A stretch of DNA of 64,000 nucleotides from Lama glama (taxonomy: Eukaryota): positions 74,526,001 through 74,590,000 of the forward strand of contig CM052816.1 in NCBI GenBank assembly GCA_028534125.1. The letters run 5' to 3'. Positions 63,581 to 64,000 of the stretch are shown one piece after another. The position numbers and the translations under genes are program-made. Every line of letters starts with the position of its first letter. Positions within the stretch are counted from its first letter, which is position 1. The notes under the pieces were generated by a model, which had not been told where the DNA came from, made no database searches, and saw only the letters and a program-made list of their open reading frames with translations.

Positions 63581-64000
63581 GTGGTGAGAAAAGAAGGTAA
63601 AATGTGGGCTAATATTCAACTAAATATTGCTTGTAAAAACAATATTGACCACATTTCCTATTGATGAAAAAAGATGAAAATAAATTTTAGAAAATAAAAA
63701 TATGGAAAATAGTTGGCATTATCTCAAAGGACAATTGAAATGGGCTAGATTTGCTGCTCTGTTAGAAGGATAGACTGCGTGTGGAATGAGAACACTAATG
63801 GTCCTCACTGTGGGTGTGAGCCGCCTGACGGAGGGGCCACGGACATGTGGGCACGTGCTGAGCACAGACAGGGCGGTCACTGCAGGCTTCTGTCGCCTCA
63901 AGGATTAGCAGGGCCGTGTAGGGACCCACACCAGTGAGGAGCGGGGGGTCACACCCCAGTAGAGCGCCTAGGAAGGGAGAGAGAGGCTGAGCCTGACCAT

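Noticed and set aside
1..64000. CRISPR arrays, operons or another novel multi-gene system
   Set aside because: This is eukaryotic intronic DNA with no repeat-spacer arrays or long coding regions; the periodic sequences are ordinary microsatellites.

Overview
Mammalian genomic DNA, most likely a camelid (two tRNA-Ala-derived Vic-1-type SINEs; I recognised no ruminant Bov-tA/BovB or pig PRE-1 elements). The window covers the 5' part of the growth hormone receptor gene (GHR) on the minus strand: the liver-type P1 promoter (HNF4-type DR1 and TATA-like element, ~56.9-57.1 kb), non-coding exon 1A (~56905->56694), a 14.4-kb intron, the 81-bp exon 2 (42269->42189, encoding [23 protein letters not shown]), and >42 kb of intron 2. 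I did not find exon 3 in the window. The rest is intronic/upstream DNA rich in transposon fossils (L1 3' ends with TSDs, L2, MIR, CR1/L3, ERVL/MaLR LTRs, hAT MITEs) and microsatellites. None of the supplied ORFs looks like a real gene. I found no convincing new biological system. The best leads are regulatory: upstream ORFs in exon 1A, no TG microsatellite where cattle have one, unusual N-terminal residues, sense-oriented L1 poly(A) signals and a few candidate intronic enhancers. Repeat subfamily names and cross-species comparisons come from memory and need database confirmation.
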